Assembly (NCBI GenBank): GCA_000442015.1
Contig: KE561021.1
Span: 1 to 52,017, forward strand
Source of the DNA: Rozella allomycis CSF55
Lineage: Eukaryota
Direction: 5' to 3'
Length of the DNA: 52,017 nt
Within the stretch, counting starts at the first letter, position 1. The number at the start of each line of letters is the position of its first letter. Below the pieces are notes generated by a model. It ran no database searches. It was not told the DNA's origin and worked only from the letters and a program-made list of their open reading frames with translations. Shown piece after piece: positions 46,549 through 52,017 of the stretch. A program made the translations under genes and the position numbers.

Positions 46549-48366
46549 ATGCTATTAAAACGATACTTTTCAAGTTTAGGCAGGTTTAAATTACCGGTAC
46601 CTCTTAATGAGCCATTGGTAACATTGTAGCATAACTTTTACTAGAAAACATTCTCTCCTGGTAGTCTTGAGAGAGAAAACCTAACAAGTGCGATCAAGGA
46701 ATTAAAAGCCAGTGAAAAATGTGTACCGGTGATAATTAATGGGGAAAGAATATTTTCAGGGAATATTTCTGATCAAGTTATTGGTGGAGACCATCAAAAG
46801 AGAATCTGTCAATTTCATGAGGCGGACGAAACACTTACAAGGCGTGCAATAGAGGAAGGATTGAAGGCTAAAAAACTTTGGCAAAGAATGCCTTTGGAAC
46901 ATCGAGCTTCTGTATTTTTAAAAGCGGCAGATTTATTGACCACAAAGTACAGGTATCAAATGATGGCTGCCACAATGTTGGGACAAGGGAAAAATATTTA
47001 TCAAGCTGAAATTGATTGCATTACGGAATTGGCAGATTTTTGGAGATTTAACTGTCATTTTGCTGAGAAAATTTATGAAGATCAGCCATTAAGAAACAAT
47101 GTTGGAAATTGGAATAGAGTTGAATACCGTCCACTTGATGGATTTGTCGCAGCAATTTCCCCATTTAATTTTACCGCCATTGGTGGAAATCTTTGTTCTG
47201 CGCCAGCATTGATGGGAAACTCTGTGGTTTGGAAACCTTCATCCGCTGCTGTTTACAGCAATTATCTTGTTTATAAGATTTTAGAAGAGGCTGGTTTACC
47301 ACCCGGTGTGATACAGTTCCTACCTGGCTCACCCCAACCGATTGTGAACGTAAGAAGAGAAAAACATCATTAGTTTAGGAAATGTTATCGCATAAAGCTC
47401 TATCGGGAATTCACTTTACTGGCAGCACATTTGTGTTTAGGGAGATTTGGAAACAAGTTGGAAATAGGATCGAAAGTTATTCTTCGTATCCTAGATTAGT
47501 TGGAGAAACTGGAGGGAAAAATCTTCATTTTATTCACGAAAGCGCTGATTTATTGAATGCCGCGGCAAATACAATCCGTTCAGCGTTTGAATATCAAGGT
47601 CAAAAATGTTCAGCTTGTTCACGATTGTATGTTCCAGATAGTGTTTGGCCAAAGTTTAAACAACATTTATTGACAATGCATAGTTCTATTAAAGTTGGCC
47701 CAGTGGATGGTACCGTCGTTAAATGTTTCAAAATAGATTTTACCAATTTTTGTACAAATGTTATAAATAAGCAAGCATTTGATAAGATTAAATCATATAT
47801 CGACTATGCAAGATCTTCTTCTGAGGCCAGAATAATTGCAGGTGGTGAATGTAACAAATTTAAGTTGAATCAAGTAGGCAACGATGAAAAAGGTTATTTT
47901 ATCCACCCTACGATCATTGAAACTTCTGATATTCATTTCAAAACAATGAAAGAGGAAATCTTTGGCCCCGTCCTAACAGTGTTTGTTTATCCCGCCAAGG
48001 AGTATGAAAAATATGTAAAAGACTAATTATTTTTTGAAAAGGCCGAGATAGCAGCAAATTCATCAGAATATGCATTGACTGCTGGAATGTAATTCACTTT
48101 ATATTTTGAGTAATAGATTTGCGAGTGAAAGATCAATTATACAAAACTTGGAGGAAAAAATGCTTTACGCGTCTGGAAACTTATACATAAATGACAAAAG
48201 CACCGGTGCCATTGTTGGTCAACAACCTTTTGGGGGCTCAAAGGCATCCGGAACAAACGATAAAGCAGGTGCCCTCATGAATTTACTAAGATGGACATCA
48301 GCTAGGGCCATCAAAGAAAATTTCATCCATATTTCAGACTATATTTATCCTTCAAATCTTAAATAA
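46549..48366 (+). CDS. PUT2: Mitochondrial delta-1-pyrroline-5-carboxylate dehydrogenase (ALDH4), multi-exon
   Basis: Presequence-like MLLKRYFSS, ATMLGQGKNIYQAEID, ISPFNFTAIGGN, HFTGST, GETGGKN, FEYQGQKCSACSR, EEIFGP and GQQPFGG. Confidence 0.97.
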
Positions 48367-48545
48367 AGTAGCTTGCGTCGTCCTGTTTCGTTATATCCTT
48401 TTTTCATCTTTTTTACACAAGATGTCCATTGATTAATTTTTGGAAATAATGTAACATAAATATCATCTTAATCATTTTAAAAAGCATGGAAACAAAGTTG
48501 AACACCCGTGGCGCTGTTAGAGCAATTGTAGATGGAGTGGCTTAG

Positions 48546-49859
48546 ATGCAAGTGATATCATTTTTGTATGTTCTCTTTTTTTCATGCTGTATTATAGCTT
48601 ATGATATAAGTCACCTTCCAAGATGTTTAGATTCTGATTATTATACAGTTTCCAATTTAGGAACTGGGGGACTTGGCACNACAGTGGAAAAACTGAGGCG
48701 TAAGTCTGATGGAAAATACTTTGCAAGAAAGACCTCATACGCCCACTATAGCTTTTATTACCGTGAAATACGTGCATTGGATATGCTAGCTTTTTCAAAA
48801 ATGTTTCCAAATTTAATTTGTATATATGAAGAGCCAGGTGTCTCCCAACCCGATGAAAAGAAATACAAACATTCCTTTATAATGGATTATCTTCCGGGAG
48901 AAGAGTTCCTAAAGGCTTTCGATAGCTGCAGATACAAGAATTTATCTCCAAGCGACATTGACTCTATAATTAAATGCCAGAAATTCATTCCCAGCGATTT
49001 GGAAATAAGAAGCTTTATGGAACAATCTGTCATGGCGCTCAATGATTTACAAAAAGTATCACTGGCAATTGTTGATATAAAACCGAGCAATATAATGTAT
49101 TACAAGGGAGAATTAAAGTTTTTTGATATGAATGGCTCTTCTCATTCTACCGATAAGAACTTGTATGTTGTTAGTACAAAATTTTTTGCTGCACCGGAAA
49201 CAAAAAACAGTCACATTTTCGGTATAAATGTGCCAGAAACTGACATATTCTCTTTGGGTATCATTTTTCATATGATGGTGGGATATAAATCTCTCCATAG
49301 AGGTCTTTCTGCTTCCGAAGCTTACAAGAAAATATATCCGTATTCATATGGCTATACTTTGAAGATGCTGCGTAATGATAACTGCGCGCATATTGACTCT
49401 CCACCTCTTTTCAATGATATTAAGCTTGGAACTCAAAATGGAATTGCCTTTGATCTCGCATATAAAATGCTCAATTTTCATACTTACGAGAGAATAACAT
49501 TAGATGAGATTAAGAAGCACAAGTATTTTGAAGGAACTAATTGGGACAATCTTGAAGAACGATTTGGTTCACAATCATATATGCCAAACCTTGTAGGTGT
49601 AAAATTAACCTTGGATATTAATTACCAAAATTATGACAAGAATAATTTCGATACGATCTATAGCTTTAGGGCCACAAACAATTACCAATGCGACGATAGA
49701 AGAAAACCTAGACCTCTTCCAGTTTTAGCTATAGTATACATATCTATTGCCTCTGTAGCCTGTGTTTCAGTTGCCGCTTTTATGATTTGGAAGAAAGTTA
49801 AACATGGTACTTTAAGTACCAAGATGTCCGTTGTTACAACAAGCCCAATTACTTTGTAG
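48546..49859 (+). CDS. Signal-peptide Ser/Thr kinase with C-terminal TM helix (atypical, AGC-derived)
   Basis: Signal MQVISFLYVLFFSCCIIA, LGTGGLG, FARK, REIRAL, IVDIKPSN, FFDMNG, AAPE, DIFSLG and KHKYFEGTNW. TM segment VLAIVYISIASVACVSVAAFMIW followed by KKVK. Intronless; N at 48680. Confidence 0.88.
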   Translation: MQVISFLYVLFFSCCIIAYDISHLPRCLDSDYYTVSNLGTGGLGXTVEKLRRKSDGKYFARKTSYAHYSFYYREIRALDMLAFSKMFPNLICIYEEPGVSQPDEKKYKHSFIMDYLPGEEFLKAFDSCRYKNLSPSDIDSIIKCQKFIPSDLEIRSFMEQSVMALNDLQKVSLAIVDIKPSNIMYYKGELKFFDMNGSSHSTDKNLYVVSTKFFAAPETKNSHIFGINVPETDIFSLGIIFHMMVGYKSLHRGLSASEAYKKIYPYSYGYTLKMLRNDNCAHIDSPPLFNDIKLGTQNGIAFDLAYKMLNFHTYERITLDEIKKHKYFEGTNWDNLEERFGSQSYMPNLVGVKLTLDINYQNYDKNNFDTIYSFRATNNYQCDDRRKPRPLPVLAIVYISIASVACVSVAAFMIWKKVKHGTLSTKMSVVTTSPITL

Positions 49860-50004
49860 TTTATCAACTTAATGATAACATGAATTATGCAATATTCTTA
49901 TAAACCAAATTTGTAAGTTGTAACTATTTTCATTTTTTGACATTTTTGATTGTCGCATAATTTTCTATTTTTGCTTCAATCCACGCCACCCTTGAAGCCA
50001 CCCG

Positions 50005-51192
50005 ATGAATTTTCTCTGCTTTATTTTTCTGTGTGGTGCTAGTTTGGCAGCGTGCCAGTTTTTGTATGACATGTCTGCTATTCCCCGTTGCGTGGATGGC
50101 GAGTTTGAAGTTCTTGAAAAGCTTGGTCATGGTAGTTTTGGAACAGTTGAAAAGGTTCGAAGACTATCAGATGGCAAAATATTTGCTTTAAAGTCTACGC
50201 AAAACCCTTACATGAGTCCTTTATTGCTAAAATGGTCATATTACAGTGAAATCCGTGGTCTTGATCGTTTAAAGTTTTCCAGTATGTTTCCCAAATTGAT
50301 ATGCATTTTCAATGAGCAGGATTTGACAAATATAGCTACTCTTCCAACCGCTTATAGGTTTGTTATGGAATATTTACCTGGACAGCTGCTCCAGTCGCAG
50401 TATACGAAATGCTTAGGGGAGAATATTGGTGCAAATTTTTATGATCATCTTCAAGAGTGCAAAAAGCATTTGCCAGATGAAGAAGAAATGAAATCTGTTA
50501 TAGCGCAATGTTTGCTAGCCCTTGAAGATGCCGAATTCGCTGGATTGTCATTGACTGATGTGAAACCAGAAAATATGATGTATAATCAAGGCAGAATAAC
50601 ATTTTTTGATTTGAATGGAGCTTTGCACAAGAGTGATTTATCGCTTGTAAAGTTTATGACACCGATTCGCGGACCACCAGAGGTGCTTAAGACGCCGATA
50701 AAGATTGACCATACAAAAAATGCATTATACTCTGTGGGAACTATTCTTGGATCCTACTATGGTATTCGCTCAATTAAAGTTGATAAGATGGCACATAATG
50801 ATTTCCACAATGTTATTTATCCATTGAAAGTGTTTCCTATTACAATGAATATGTTTGAGTTAGATAATAATTTGAAGGGATATGAAGATTTCAAGAAGAT
50901 GACTGGTTCTGATGTGATATCCGACTTTATATCTAGACTGGTTACATTAGAACCTGAAGGTCGCATGTCTATAAGTGAAACCAAGAAGCATCAGTATTTT
51001 GAAGGATTTGATTGGGATGCATTGATAAAGAGAATTGGTTATGTTAAACCAGTGAATGTAAAGCTTGAAGCTAAATTGTGGAAAAATGCGCCGACATTGA
51101 CTACAAAGGCAGAAGCATTAGAGTTACTTAAATCATTTGAATCAGAATCAGGAGAAAAAGTGTTGACAAAGAAGCAAGTAAGGAATGAATAA
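50005..51192 (+). CDS. Signal-peptide Ser/Thr kinase, soluble paralog (atypical, AGC-derived)
   Basis: Signal MNFLCFIFLCGASLAA, LGHGSFGTV, FALK, SEIRGL, LTDVKPEN, FFDLNG, GPPE and KHQYFEGFDW. No TM segment; intronless. Confidence 0.88.
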   Translation: MNFLCFIFLCGASLAACQFLYDMSAIPRCVDGEFEVLEKLGHGSFGTVEKVRRLSDGKIFALKSTQNPYMSPLLLKWSYYSEIRGLDRLKFSSMFPKLICIFNEQDLTNIATLPTAYRFVMEYLPGQLLQSQYTKCLGENIGANFYDHLQECKKHLPDEEEMKSVIAQCLLALEDAEFAGLSLTDVKPENMMYNQGRITFFDLNGALHKSDLSLVKFMTPIRGPPEVLKTPIKIDHTKNALYSVGTILGSYYGIRSIKVDKMAHNDFHNVIYPLKVFPITMNMFELDNNLKGYEDFKKMTGSDVISDFISRLVTLEPEGRMSISETKKHQYFEGFDWDALIKRIGYVKPVNVKLEAKLWKNAPTLTTKAEALELLKSFESESGEKVLTKKQVRNE

Positions 51193-51299
51193 TCAATAAA
51201 CTGCAATTGCTTATAAGTAATTATCCAAGTTCATTAGTTTAAATGTTCAGATTACTATTTTAAATTATTCCTTTAAACGAGTGATTGACATTCGATGCT

Positions 51300-52017
51300 T
51301 TAAAACTTTTCGTAATTTCCCATTTCGATTTCTATAAAGAAAAGATTTAAAGTGTTACTCTTTAGCGCAATAAATGATCCAAGCGTGTAAATATTTCCGT
51401 TCAAGATGACTTTTTTTCCAAGCGTCAATGAAAACCTTTTAATGAATGAATGTAAAGGTACCTTTTTTCTAATTTGATCGAAATTTGTATTTTGGAAGTT
51501 TGTGATCCAGATGATGAGAAATCTTTTGAGTAGAGATTGATTGTTGAAATGAATAGCCTTGTTATGAAATTCTAGATTCAGATCTCTCGAAAGGGATTTA
51601 TTTCTAATTAGTGAATGTGTGTTATTTCTATTAACAGGTGCATTGACAATTGATTCACTACTAGTTGTAAGTAATTTACTATTTCCATTAGAACCACTTC
51701 CAATCAATGATTTACTATTGCCATTAGATCGTTTAATGATATCATTAACACTAACTTCATTTATGTTAGATGATCTATTTTTAAAGTTGACGCTTTTAAC
51801 ATTATCAATTCTTTTAAGATTCCATATTTTCCACATNCGCTTTTAACATTATCAATTCTTTTAAGATTCCATCTTTTCCACATTGATTGAATTAAAAACT
51901 TTTCATGTAATTGCAGGGGCTTTGAACAAAATTTCTTAGATAAACAAAATTTGAATTTGAATAATCTTTTAGAAATATTTTTCGATTTTTTCAAAGCCAA
52001 ATATTTTCTAAATTTAA
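51300..52017 (-). CDS. 3' part of a gene extending beyond the window, possibly with Sfi1-like W-containing repeats
   Basis: KFLIQSMWKRW and SLLKRFLIIW. Disrupted by a duplicated N join at 51837. Confidence 0.35.

Noticed and set aside
51790..51884. ~45-bp duplication
   Set aside because: Flanks N51837, an assembly overlap.

Overview
AT-rich, gene-dense eukaryotic nuclear DNA with many very short GT-AG introns (about 24-30 nt) and single-N scaffold joins that often have duplicated flanks. Cilium/centriole genes (CFAP221-, CEP162- and MDM1-like), a Ral-type GTPase and many secreted lineage-specific genes suggest a zoosporic, early-diverging fungal relative, possibly a parasite such as Rozella/Cryptomycota. 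That assignment is inference and was not checked against a database. The first ~8.5 kb holds decayed mobile DNA (copia pol, an intron-bearing pogo/DDE_1 transposase, a solo-LTR-like insert) and a damaged JMJD7-like gene. Housekeeping genes follow: CFAP221, CEP162, Nup133, TRM1, VPS16, Nup170/155, an FtsX/MacB-like permease, Ral, a sorting nexin, PUT2 and two tRNA-Ala. The main novel-looking system is a candidate effector repertoire. It includes 8 signal-peptide genes with 11 copies of a divergent ~250-300 aa domain, each copy marked by two equivalent phase-1 mini-introns. It also includes two intronless signal-peptide AGC-derived kinases with altered HRD/DFG motifs, one with a C-terminal membrane anchor. 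A GCCAC motif, often with a CACRTG E-box, sits just upstream of most of these start codons.
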